Shown: positions 50,516 through 59,735 of the stretch, in pieces | Layout of the letters: every line of letters starts with the position of its first letter | How positions within the stretch are numbered: position 1 is the first letter of the stretch | Assembly (NCBI GenBank): GCA_963205195.1 | Contig: CAUJHR010000008.1 | Coordinates: forward strand, 2,329-66,328 | DNA length: 64,000 nucleotides | Origin: Pseudomonadota bacterium | GTDB lineage: Bacteria > Pseudomonadota > Alphaproteobacteria > Rickettsiales > SXRF01 | Direction of reading: 5' to 3' | Notes under the pieces: generated by a model | Database searches by the model: none | Told to the model about the DNA's origin: nothing | What the model saw: the letters and a program-made list of their open reading frames with translations, nothing else | Program-made: the position numbers and the translations under genes

Positions 50516-52449
50516 AGAACCTGACCTATTACGCTTCGATCAATCTCTGCCGATGGATTGGAGGGAAATTCGACATGCGGATCAATTAAATTCCTGCCAA
50601 TAAGACTAATTTCAAGGCCAGGCTGGAGCATCCATGCTATTCGAGTGTCATATCTTACATAATCTTTAACTGGGGGTGATAAATGGTCAACATAATATAG
50701 CATATTATCCCAATGCACAGATTCAGAAATATTATAGTATGACTGTATAGAGAACTGATTACGCGGAGCAAGCCTTTCACCAGCCTTAAGGGTAGTTGCA
50801 GCTCCTGGCCTAACATCAAGGTTCATCTTTAAATAAGTATAGCTTCCAGCAAGGCGCCAATCTGGATTTATATTCCAGCTTGCTGAAAATTCAGCGCCAT
50901 ATACATGTCCAGATCCAAGGTTATTAACCATATAAGGGATGATTATATTACCATCAGACCCCGTATATGAAGCGCCTGGGATACCGATAGTTTGCAGTTT
51001 ATCAAAATCATTGTAAAAAAGTGACGTATCAAACGACAATGAATGATTAAACTCTATTTTATGCCCAATCTCATACGCGATCAATTCTTCAGATTTCTGG
51101 TCAGCATTACCCATAATTCTGTATTCAGTTGGAGGAGCCCCCGGAGTTACCAGTGATAACAGGCTTACATCCTCTTCAATACTGCTTGGTGTCCTTACCG
51201 CACGCGATATAGCTCCCCATACAGTTTGGTTTTTAGTTGGGTGCCATGCAAGGCGTGTGCTGGGCTGGATTTCAATGCCAGTAAAATCATTGTATTCAAG
51301 CTTTGAGCCAAGGGTAAGGTAAAGTTCATTTGCCAGTATTGCATATTCATCCTGCACAAAAGTGCTTAAAATTTCATGAGTGTCATAGCGGTCACTAACA
51401 CTCGCTGAAAATGTGCCTGCCAACTCCAGATATGATATACGTGCCCCACCGCCCCAAATAAAATTATTACGGTCATTTAACTTAATACTATGTTGAAATT
51501 GTATATCTGCCGTATTTACATGCTGGTCGAAATTGGACTCAAGCCGCGAATAATGATCAACATACGCCTGCACACTAAGATCAGAGCCTTTTTCTATCCT
51601 ATGGTTCCAGCGGCCTAATAAATTACCGCCATACGAATCATCGGTGCTGCTAATAGTTTGTAAGAAAGGCGAAGTTATTACCGGAGTATTTAATTTAGCT
51701 TTCTGTTCACCGCCATAGGCATCTCCTTGCAATGTATAACTATCATTATTGTTAGTAGTTTTACCATCAAGCCTGAAGCCAGAACGCCCGCGATACCAGC
51801 CTGCCGCATCATAATATTGTGCATACGTCCGGTAATAGGAATTATCTTTTGTTTTTCCACCATGCCTTGCTTCATATATGCCATTGCCTTTAACCGTAGC
51901 TGTAGCTGATAACATATTGCCCTGCGTATCTTCAGCCGATTTTGTTATGATATTAACCACGCCATTTACAGCATTAGCCCCATACAGGCTGGCTCCTGGT
52001 CCACGTATTACTTCAATACGTTCAATATCATTAATTGAGGTACTTTGGTCCCCCCAGTACACACCAGAAAATACAGGGGTATAAATAGCACGGCCATCGA
52101 TCAGCACTAACAGCTTATTATCTAGCGTACTATTGAACCCACGCGCTGATATAGCCCAATGGTCAGTATTTTGTTTTGCCACCTGCATACCCGGGACAAG
52201 GCGGAGAGCTTCAGGAATAGTATATATACCGGACCGACGCAGATCTTCTTTAGTTATAACATAAATAGCAGCCGCCGTATCATTTAAACGTTGCGAGCGT
52301 TTAGCGACAGAAGTAACTGTAAGTTCGGATATGTCCCTTGCAAGTATTTCATCAAATTCTGGATCAGGTGGCGCGGGGTCCTTCGCATAAGCAACGTTAC
52401 CAATGCCGACTGCTAAAATAGCGATTGCGAATAAGGGAGCAGAGCGCAT
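50503..52449 (-). CDS. TonB-dependent outer-membrane receptor
   Basis: Signal peptide, plug (AAAIYVITKEDLRRSGIYTIPEALRLVPGMQV, RGPGASLYGANAVNGVVNI), a long beta-barrel and a terminal aromatic residue (VLWKF). Confidence 0.9.
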   Translation of the reverse strand: MRSAPLFAIAILAVGIGNVAYAKDPAPPDPEFDEILARDISELTVTSVAKRSQRLNDTAAAIYVITKEDLRRSGIYTIPEALRLVPGMQVAKQNTDHWAISARGFNSTLDNKLLVLIDGRAIYTPVFSGVYWGDQSTSINDIERIEVIRGPGASLYGANAVNGVVNIITKSAEDTQGNMLSATATVKGNGIYEARHGGKTKDNSYYRTYAQYYDAAGWYRGRSGFRLDGKTTNNNDSYTLQGDAYGGEQKAKLNTPVITSPFLQTISSTDDSYGGNLLGRWNHRIEKGSDLSVQAYVDHYSRLESNFDQHVNTADIQFQHSIKLNDRNNFIWGGGARISYLELAGTFSASVSDRYDTHEILSTFVQDEYAILANELYLTLGSKLEYNDFTGIEIQPSTRLAWHPTKNQTVWGAISRAVRTPSSIEEDVSLLSLVTPGAPPTEYRIMGNADQKSEELIAYEIGHKIEFNHSLSFDTSLFYNDFDKLQTIGIPGASYTGSDGNIIIPYMVNNLGSGHVYGAEFSASWNINPDWRLAGSYTYLKMNLDVRPGAATTLKAGERLAPRNQFSIQSYYNISESVHWDNMLYYVDHLSPPVKDYVRYDTRIAWMLQPGLEISLIGRNLIDPHVEFPSNPSAEIDRSVIGQVLWKF

Positions 52450-52609
52450 GGCAGGACCATTCTTAAGAGTGTTATGACAAAAGATATAAGCGCATATAAA
52501 AAATCTATAATGATTTATTGTTTTTAAATGATTTTCAGTAATATATTTATTATTGAGTAACTATATACTAAAGCTTTTCAACTGATATAAATTAAGTATA
52601 AATAATACA

Positions 52610-54052
52610 ATGTTATTACCTGTAATAATTTCTGGCGGCTCCGGTGAACGCTTATGGCCAGTCTCAAGGGCATCATTTCCTAAACCATTTATTACCCTTA
52701 GTGATGGGCAGAGCCTGCTGCAAAAATCGTTTTTAAGAGCCTGCGGTTTGGATGGAGTTTCTGAAATACTTACTATAACTAACAGCGATTATTACTATAA
52801 AACCCAAATTGATTATAATAAGGTTGTACAATCTAAAATAATTACCTCCTTCATTCTTGAACCAGAAGCGCGCAATACAGCTCCCGCTATTGCAATTGCC
52901 GCTCAATACGCGGTGAATATATACGGTAACGATATAACATTACTTATATTTCCTGCCGATCAGTTGATAGAAGATCAAATGGCGTTTTGTGAAGCTATAG
53001 AGCGAGCGAAAAAACTTGCAGAAAAAAATTATTTGGTGACCTTGGGTATAATCCCAAGCCGTGCTGAAACAGGTTTTGGTTATATTGAACTTTCAGAAGC
53101 TATCAATGATGCTGACAATACATACTTAGTAAAAAAATTTACAGAAAAACCAGATATGGCTACTGCCAGCTCATACATAGCTAGCAAAAATCATTTATGG
53201 AATGCCGGAATACTATGCTTCAAACCCCAAGTTTTCCTCGATGAGCTAGAAAAACATGCCAATGATATATTTACAACCACTACGAAAATTGCAAATACGT
53301 GGGATTCAACCCTGATAGCGCACGGGCTAGTAGAATTAGATAGGGAATTATTTGCCAAAGTTCCAAATATTTCCATTGATTATGCTGTTATGGAAAAATC
53401 TTCTAATGTAGCAGTATGTACCTGTGATATGGGATGGAATGATGTAGGCTCATGGAACTCTATAAGTGACTTAATGGAGCCGGATAATGAAAGCAACCGT
53501 TTAAGCGGCGATGTTTATGCTTATGAAACTAATAATTGTCTCATACAATCCAACAAACGCTTAATAGCTGCACTAGGATTACAAAATCTCCTGGTTATTG
53601 ACACACCCGATGCACTTTTGGTAGCAAACAGGGAATATGCACAAGAAATAAAGCAAATGGCAGGCAAGCTTAAGTTAGATGGGCATCCGGCTGCAAAAGA
53701 GCACAAAACTGTTTTTCGACCTTGGGGACATTATACAATAATTGAGGAGGGCGAAGGTTTTAAGATAAAACGTATAGAAGTATTGCCTCTAAAATCAATT
53801 TCCCTACAAAAACATGAGCACCGTAGTGAGCATTGGGTAGTAATATCAGGAATAGCCAAAGTACAAAATGGTGATGAATTTAGTGAACTTATGCCTTCTC
53901 AATCAACATATATAAAAGCAGGCCAGAAACACCGCCTAAGCAATGAAAATGATACTGTATTAGTATTAATAGAAATACAATGCGGGCATTATCTTGGTGA
54001 AGATGATATTGTAAGGTACGATTATGTTAATCAATCGGTCAGCATAACTTAA
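52610..54052 (+). CDS. manC: Mannose-1-phosphate guanylyltransferase / mannose-6-phosphate isomerase (type II PMI-GMP)
   Basis: N-terminal PVIISGGSGERLWPVSR, and a C-terminal cupin with RPWGHY ... QKHEHRSEHWVV. Confidence 0.9.
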   Translation: MLLPVIISGGSGERLWPVSRASFPKPFITLSDGQSLLQKSFLRACGLDGVSEILTITNSDYYYKTQIDYNKVVQSKIITSFILEPEARNTAPAIAIAAQYAVNIYGNDITLLIFPADQLIEDQMAFCEAIERAKKLAEKNYLVTLGIIPSRAETGFGYIELSEAINDADNTYLVKKFTEKPDMATASSYIASKNHLWNAGILCFKPQVFLDELEKHANDIFTTTTKIANTWDSTLIAHGLVELDRELFAKVPNISIDYAVMEKSSNVAVCTCDMGWNDVGSWNSISDLMEPDNESNRLSGDVYAYETNNCLIQSNKRLIAALGLQNLLVIDTPDALLVANREYAQEIKQMAGKLKLDGHPAAKEHKTVFRPWGHYTIIEEGEGFKIKRIEVLPLKSISLQKHEHRSEHWVVISGIAKVQNGDEFSELMPSQSTYIKAGQKHRLSNENDTVLVLIEIQCGHYLGEDDIVRYDYVNQSVSIT

Positions 54053-54059
54053 TTAAGAA

Positions 54060-54090
54060 AAGGAGGAGCATTTGCCCCTCCTTATTTTAT
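54060..54090. terminator. Hairpin between convergent manC and the rhodanese gene
   Basis: aaggagg-(10 nt)-cctcctt followed by attttatt. Confidence 0.45.
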
Positions 54091-54109
54091 TAGCAGAACT
54101 AATTATATT

Positions 54110-54433
54110 TTATGCTGCTTTAGGAATTTTTTCATTCCATTCCTTATAACCACCTTCATAACACATAACGTCGGTAAACCCTTCTTCATCAAGTTTAGTT
54201 GCGGCTTTTTTTGAAGCATCGCAGGCTTCACTTGCACAATATACAATTACAGGAAGATTTTTTCCTCCTATTACATATTCCACTTCCTTTACAAAATTAG
54301 CACTTTCGTGCGGTATATTGATAGAGCCCGGAATACGGGTTTTTTCAAATGATTGAGCAGGAAGCACATTAATAATGGTTGCTCCATTATGCCTTTTGAA
54401 TTCCCGGAATTGCTCATAATCGATACTTCTCAT
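54110..54433 (-). CDS. Rhodanese-domain protein
   Basis: 107 aa. IPGSINIP and the active-site loop VIVYCASEACDAS. Confidence 0.8.
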   Translation of the reverse strand: MRSIDYEQFREFKRHNGATIINVLPAQSFEKTRIPGSINIPHESANFVKEVEYVIGGKNLPVIVYCASEACDASKKAATKLDEEGFTDVMCYEGGYKEWNEKIPKAA

Positions 54434-54442
54434 AACAACCTC

Positions 54443-55030
54443 CTAGAAGTGATAGTTATAGCCGATTTCAAGATTATTGGCATGCAGCTTATCACCATTT
54501 TCCCTGTTAGTGCCAAGGTAGCGGTAACCAATTCTCCATTCGCTATTAGGAGCACTGGCCGAAGTAAAAGATAGACCGGTCATCCCCTGATAGGCAAAGG
54601 CATTAGTATTATGATGAAAAGCAGAACTGAAGCTGCTATGTCCATTACGTATTTCGGCAAGTCCTAAACCACCGCCAATATAAGGGCTTACACGCCACCC
54701 TGATGGGGCGAAGCGGTCACTGCTTGCAAAATCATAATAAAAATTACCCATATAATTGAAATAGCGCCTGTCGCCAAAACCATTATCACCATCGGCCCAG
54801 TGATAGCCTACTTCTGCTTCAGCACGCATGCTGCCCATACTGCCTGGTGCAAACCTATAGCCTAGGTTAGCATTACCGCCACCACCCATATCAGCATGGT
54901 TAGGCCATGTAAGGTCACCACTGACACCAGCATACCAATTACTGTTAGATGAACTGGCTGCATAGGCAGCAACAGGAAGCATTGATGTGCTTATAATCAG
55001 ACCATAAGCTGCTAGTTTAATATTTTTCAT
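54443..55030 (-). CDS. Small outer-membrane beta-barrel protein (OmpW/opacity-like)
   Basis: Signal peptide MKNIKLAAYGLIISTSMLPVAAYA, alternating aromatic/Gly beta-strand pattern, and C-terminal GYNYHF. The start at 55030 has GGAG upstream. Confidence 0.75.
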   Translation of the reverse strand: MKNIKLAAYGLIISTSMLPVAAYAASSSNSNWYAGVSGDLTWPNHADMGGGGNANLGYRFAPGSMGSMRAEAEVGYHWADGDNGFGDRRYFNYMGNFYYDFASSDRFAPSGWRVSPYIGGGLGLAEIRNGHSSFSSAFHHNTNAFAYQGMTGLSFTSASAPNSEWRIGYRYLGTNRENGDKLHANNLEIGYNYHF

Positions 55031-55043
55031 ATAGTACTCCATA

Positions 55044-55334
55044 TTAAATATTATTATTTATATAATTTTTCGTTTTCTTAATAGGCTCTACAATATCCTT
55101 ATAATTATTAGCCTGATAACTATTGGCATTAGCAGGTGATGAGGATTTGAGCCCAAAAGTATAATTTTCTTCCTGCCTTATATCCTTATTGTTAAAGGTC
55201 CAGCATTCTCCAGTTTCTTTAACAAATGTGACCCACAGCAAATCCCAATGTGGGCCGTAGTCTATTATGGCTACAGCCCATGCATTCCCTTTTGGGGTAC
55301 TGAGTGGGATAGGCATAGTGAGTTGAGTGAGCAT
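55044..55334 (-). CDS. Small conserved hypothetical protein (phage-associated-like)
   Basis: MPIPLSTPKGNAWAVAIIDYGPHWDLLWVTFVKETGECWTFNNKDIR resembles a small family I associate with phages. The start is uncertain (55334 or 55316, no clear RBS). The longer track ORF would overlap 55351-55527. Confidence 0.45.
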   Translation of the reverse strand: MLTQLTMPIPLSTPKGNAWAVAIIDYGPHWDLLWVTFVKETGECWTFNNKDIRQEENYTFGLKSSSPANANSYQANNYKDIVEPIKKTKNYINNNI

Positions 55335-55350
55335 AAAAAAGCAATGATGA

Positions 55351-55527
55351 TTAATGATTGCTTCCAGGCTTGCTGGTTTTGATGCTTTTCCCATCTTCAA
55401 CGCGGCCTTCATTACGAAGGTTACGGCCTTCCTGAGCTTTTTTACGTGATTCTGCAGAATCACCATGCTCATAAAGCTCTTCTTTTAAATATCCTGCGGC
55501 TTCTTTTATTTTTCCAGTAACAGTCAT
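55351..55527 (-). CDS. Small hydrophilic stress-like protein
   Basis: MTVTGKIKEAAGYLKEELYEHGDSAESRKKAQEG. GGAGG lies 5 nt upstream of this ATG. Confidence 0.5.
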   Translation of the reverse strand: MTVTGKIKEAAGYLKEELYEHGDSAESRKKAQEGRNLRNEGRVEDGKSIKTSKPGSNH

Positions 55528-55657
55528 AAAAACCTCCATATTAAGAGATGCCTTATTGCATCTATTTTGCAGGTATATGCTGGCAACTCTAGGCTAAGTA
55601 AGCTATCGGAAATTTTTAGCTGTTTATAAAAATTGCATTAATGGAGTATTTTTATGG

Positions 55658-57037
55658 CTACAATTTTTCCATATAATTCAGCATTTCAGATCTTACACGC
55701 TTCCTAAGTAAATATAATGCTGTTATGTTTGGCAGTGCCATTCCCAATATTAGCAGGTCTGAAAAATCCAATACAACACCAAACTGCATAATTCCGCCTA
55801 GAAAGGTAGCAAGGCAGAATATAAGTTGGTATAAACGTATATAACGTGAGCCAAACATATAACTCCAGGCTATCTCACCATAATAGCTCCAGCCAATCGT
55901 AGTGGAATAAGCAAAGATAAAAACATTTAGCGCAAGCATAACAGGAAACCACGTTGAAACAGATGCAAATGCATGTGTTGCAATGGCTACACCATCATTA
56001 ATACTGGCTCCCGCATAGGCTCCGGTTATAGTAACCATGAGGCCGGTAAGCAAGGCTATCATGGCAGCAAAAAATGGTTCAAGGAGCGCAACTATAGCTT
56101 CGCGCGCCGGCTCCTTTGTACGTGCAGTAGCATGGGCAATAGGAGCAGAACCCAAACCAGCCTCATTAGCAAAACTAGCACGTTTAAAGGCCATTGCAAG
56201 CATGGCTATAAGCCCGCCAGCTACTGCCTTACCACTTAAGGCATCCTGCATTATTAGCAATAAAGTATCGGGCAATTTTTCGATATTCGCCCCTATAATA
56301 ATCATAGCACAAATAAGATATAAAATACCTTTGAGCGGAGATACTTTTTCTGCCACTCGCGCTATACGTTTAATACTGCCTACAAGAACGCAAAATACCA
56401 GCAAGGCAAATGCTAGAGCGATAGCCCAGCCATACCCGGCAAGACCGGGAAAAGTTGTTGTCATCACTTTGACCGTCTGGTTGGATTGGAACATGTTACC
56501 ACCACCAAGTGCACCGCCAAGGCAGAAAATTGCGAATATCACAGCAAGTACTTTTCCTGCCCTGGGCAATCCAATATCAGATAATCCTTTTTTGATATAT
56601 TGAAATGGACCACCAAAAATTTTCCCGTTTTCATCATGCTCACGGTAACACATTGAAAGCATTACTTCGGCAAATTTAGTGGCCATACCAAAAAACCCGG
56701 CTATAACTATCCAAAATACAACCCCCGGCCCTCCAACCGCAACAGCGACTGAAACACCTGCTATAGAACCAAGCCCCACAGTTGCCGCAATTGCAGAAAA
56801 AAGCGCCTGCATATGGCTTACTTCTCCGGTAGCATCATGATTGTCATATTTCCCTGAAACAATCTGCAACGCGTGACGGAATAAGCGAAAATTCACCCCC
56901 CGCAAGTAGATAGTAAAAAACACAGCTGCTACTACAAGCCATAAAACTATGAAGGGAAAACCGCCAATATTATAAAAAAGCACCGAAGACATTCCAGCCA
57001 CTAATTGGGAAAATATATATTGGCAGAAATCCAGCAT
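55658..57037 (-). CDS. Alanine/glycine:cation symporter (AGCS family)
   Basis: 459 aa and polytopic. SGKYDNHDATGEVSHMQALFSAIAATVGLGSIAGV and NEAGLGSAPIAHA are AGCS hallmarks. Confidence 0.9.
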   Translation of the reverse strand: MLDFCQYIFSQLVAGMSSVLFYNIGGFPFIVLWLVVAAVFFTIYLRGVNFRLFRHALQIVSGKYDNHDATGEVSHMQALFSAIAATVGLGSIAGVSVAVAVGGPGVVFWIVIAGFFGMATKFAEVMLSMCYREHDENGKIFGGPFQYIKKGLSDIGLPRAGKVLAVIFAIFCLGGALGGGNMFQSNQTVKVMTTTFPGLAGYGWAIALAFALLVFCVLVGSIKRIARVAEKVSPLKGILYLICAMIIIGANIEKLPDTLLLIMQDALSGKAVAGGLIAMLAMAFKRASFANEAGLGSAPIAHATARTKEPAREAIVALLEPFFAAMIALLTGLMVTITGAYAGASINDGVAIATHAFASVSTWFPVMLALNVFIFAYSTTIGWSYYGEIAWSYMFGSRYIRLYQLIFCLATFLGGIMQFGVVLDFSDLLILGMALPNITALYLLRKRVRSEMLNYMEKL

Positions 57038-57162
57038 AAACCTATTCCTTTGATTTTATTTATTAATTATTGCTGCAACTATAGCAATTTGCTTATTAAT
57101 TGCCACAAAAATGTCATATTTGCAGGCTGGATGGGTCAACCACGCTATGCTAAAATTCCTTT

Positions 57163-58155
57163 ATGAACAGTGATATAAATTATCTTAAGCAAGAAAGCCT
57201 GCGCGCTGCCGGATATAGCTATCTGGTAGGTGACGCCGCGCTTTTTGCATCAGGAATTATGAGTGGGCGCAAGCATGAAGCATTGTCTGGCGCTGTCTAT
57301 ACTGCGGGCGGCCTGGTATTGGCACGCTATGGCAAAGAAAATGCCGAACGCAGGCTACATACAATGCAAGGCCGGCTTAAAGAGTATTTTGACAATGAAC
57401 ATATACAGATCCCAAAGGCTTCTGAATTAAATTCAATTACCCTTAAGAGTGAGGGAAGTATTATTGATCGCATTGAAGATTTTATGTATGCGTACCCTTC
57501 GCAGATTTTAAATACAATGTATGCTATAGGGGGTTTCTCTCTGATACATTCAGGAATGAAACATAGCAAAGGATGGGATTCGGCTTCGGGTGCATTAGTA
57601 GCTGCCGGGGCACTTGCAGGTATACTAATTCCCGAAAAGCAGCATTCTCCAGATCATCTATCAAAGACCTCGCTTGATAAAGTAGTTGAATGGGCACAGG
57701 AAAAACCATTACGCGTTTCTGGATATATGTACATGGCCAATAATGCCGCGCTTATTACCAGCGCATTAAAGGAACGAAAAGCTAATCCCCTGCAAAAAAG
57801 CTATATGTTCAAATTATTAACTGTTGCAAGCTATATGGTAGGGAATGGATTGCTGGCTATTTCTTCAAAAGACAGCGTGTCGTACATAGACAAAGATGGC
57901 AATTCTAAGGCCATGCAACAATTGGAAACTACAGCTGCCCGTGTGATTGCAGCACAGCCGGAAGAGATCAGAAATCAGGTAATACAGCAAACATCAGGGT
58001 TCCTGGCCGGACAGCCGGATATTAAATTATCCGCCACACAAATTGCCAGTGACCTGACCCAGCGCATCAGTGAATTATCTAGAATTCAAAATAAAAGCTG
58101 GCGGACAAACGTAATGCAGCAAAAATCCAACCAGATATCTGCCGTCATTCAATAA
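57163..58155 (+). CDS. Hypothetical membrane protein with internal 2-TM repeats
   Basis: GYSYLVGDAALFASG (aa about 17) recurs as GYMYMANNAALITSA (aa about 187), each followed by a second hydrophobic helix. A looser third copy lies around aa 115. The C-terminal third is hydrophilic. Confidence 0.6.
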   Translation: MNSDINYLKQESLRAAGYSYLVGDAALFASGIMSGRKHEALSGAVYTAGGLVLARYGKENAERRLHTMQGRLKEYFDNEHIQIPKASELNSITLKSEGSIIDRIEDFMYAYPSQILNTMYAIGGFSLIHSGMKHSKGWDSASGALVAAGALAGILIPEKQHSPDHLSKTSLDKVVEWAQEKPLRVSGYMYMANNAALITSALKERKANPLQKSYMFKLLTVASYMVGNGLLAISSKDSVSYIDKDGNSKAMQQLETTAARVIAAQPEEIRNQVIQQTSGFLAGQPDIKLSATQIASDLTQRISELSRIQNKSWRTNVMQQKSNQISAVIQ

Positions 58156-58176
58156 TTACGCTTAATCATTGCAAAT

Positions 58177-59550
58177 TTAGTTTTGCCTGATCTTTCTATA
58201 AAAAGTTGACTTGGCTATACCCAACGCTTCAGCAGCTTTAGTAATATTATTATCGTATTGCTCCAATATTTTTTGCATTGCCTCTTCCTCAATTTCTGCC
58301 ATAGTTTTATGCAATCCATTGGGCTTTCTAAGTATGATATGCGGTCCAGTTGCAGGCATATCTGAATCATTATCGGTTTCATGGATTTGCTTAATTAAAG
58401 CACGGGTTATGATATTTCCCTCGCTCAATACCAACGCCCTGTGAATTAAAGCCTCCAATTCCCTCATATTGCCCGGCCAGCTATATTCAACCAGATAATT
58501 ACGCGCATCCATAGCAAAGGATTTAAGGGGAAGCGCATCAAGAGCCGAAAGCTGCTGCATAAAATAATCTGCTAATGCGAGAATATCTTGCTTCCGTTCA
58601 CGTAGGGGCGGCATTGCGATAGTAAGTACATTTAACCGGAAATACAGATCTTCACGGAAGCGCCCTAACCTTACCTCTTCTTTGAGATCCTGGTCAGTTG
58701 CCGAAATTACGCGCACATTTATCTTTACAGGCTTATCAGCACCCACAGGCTCTATTTCGCGTTGCTGCAGGAGGCGCAACAATTTTACCTGTGCATCAGG
58801 TGACAGCGCATGCACATCATCAAGAAAAATCGTACCACGATCCGCTTCACGGAATTTACCCCTGATTTTTAATGGTATTCCAATTCCTTTTTCCTGGCCA
58901 AATAATATATTCTCCATAGAGGATTCTGGTATAGCCCCGCAATGTATAGCAATGAAGGGCGCGCCAACACGCTTGCTTTCACCATGGATGGCACGCGCCA
59001 GCAATTCTTTACCAGTAGAAATTTCCCCAGTAATAAGCACTGGTATATCCGATGCAGCCGCCTTTCTTGCATAGCTAACCGACTGCGACAATCCCGCATC
59101 ATAACCGATTAGGTCAGAAAACGACATCGCGCCTTCCCTATCGCGTTTTAAGCGCGTTAGCTCACGTGATAAATTAGACAAACGTATGGCATTCTTAAGT
59201 ATAATATCAAGTTGAGCAGGATCAGGTGGCTTGACTATAAAATCACTAGCCCCTTCCTTGATCGCCGCAACTGCAGTTTCAGTATCGCTTTTTGAAGTAA
59301 GGATAATAACTGGTAAATCAGGACGGTGCTTGTGAAGGTATTTAAGAGCTTCAAATCCATTCAGTTCCGGCATTTCCAGATCAAGTAATACGGCGCTTAT
59401 ATCACCAAGGTTACTATCTTTTACATGTTTAAGAACCTGGTATCCATTTTCGGCTTCCAGAACGTTATAACCAAGCTTTTTTGTAAGCAGGGCCTTAAGC
59501 ACCCTGCGCTGTAGCGGCTCATCTTCACCTATTAGGATTGTATTGGTCAT
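58177..59550 (-). CDS. NtrC-family response regulator (REC + AAA+ + Fis-type HTH) lacking GAFTGA
   Basis: REC (ILIGEDE ... VLLDLEMPELNG), Walker A GEISTGKE, Walker B IFLDD, FREDLYFRL, and C-terminal HTH (AAEALGIAKSTFYRKI). The sigma54-contact loop reads FGQEKGIGIPLKIRGKF instead of FGHEKGAFTGA. Confidence 0.85.
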   Translation of the reverse strand: MTNTILIGEDEPLQRRVLKALLTKKLGYNVLEAENGYQVLKHVKDSNLGDISAVLLDLEMPELNGFEALKYLHKHRPDLPVIILTSKSDTETAVAAIKEGASDFIVKPPDPAQLDIILKNAIRLSNLSRELTRLKRDREGAMSFSDLIGYDAGLSQSVSYARKAAASDIPVLITGEISTGKELLARAIHGESKRVGAPFIAIHCGAIPESSMENILFGQEKGIGIPLKIRGKFREADRGTIFLDDVHALSPDAQVKLLRLLQQREIEPVGADKPVKINVRVISATDQDLKEEVRLGRFREDLYFRLNVLTIAMPPLRERKQDILALADYFMQQLSALDALPLKSFAMDARNYLVEYSWPGNMRELEALIHRALVLSEGNIITRALIKQIHETDNDSDMPATGPHIILRKPNGLHKTMAEIEEEAMQKILEQYDNNITKAAEALGIAKSTFYRKIRQN

Positions 59551-59580
59551 AAGCCATTATAACACAAATCCAACAGTAGC

Positions 59581-59613
59581 AAAATGAGAATTTTTGTATA
59601 TTTTTCTCATTTT
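59581..59613. promoter_or_regulatory. 10-bp inverted repeat in divergent promoter region
   Basis: aaaatgagaa - 13 nt - ttctcatttt. Confidence 0.3.
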
Positions 59614-59627
59614 AGAACTATTGCTTT

Positions 59628-59645
59628 TTGCTAAAATTTTAGCAA
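59628..59645. promoter_or_regulatory. Perfect 18-bp palindrome TTGCTAAAATTTTAGCAA (operator candidate)
   Basis: Lies between the divergent 58177-59550 and 59736-60611. The half-site TAGCAAAAT also occurs at about 59577. Confidence 0.4.
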
Positions 59646-59735
59646 AATTATTAAATATCTGATAGTTATTGAAAATATTTTTCGACTCAAATTCAAGCCG
59701 TAACTGTATCATGTAATCATAGGGAGTAAATTTCT

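Noticed and set aside
55335-55472. The long version (142 aa) of ORF 55044-55472.
   Set aside because: Its N-terminal 46 codons overlap the better-signalled small gene 55351-55527 (GGAGG RBS). The conserved-looking part begins at MLTQLTMPIPL.
57038-57162. A glycine riboswitch upstream of the alanine/glycine:cation symporter.
   Set aside because: The 125-nt leader is AT-rich and lacks the conserved GGAGAG...CACCG cores.
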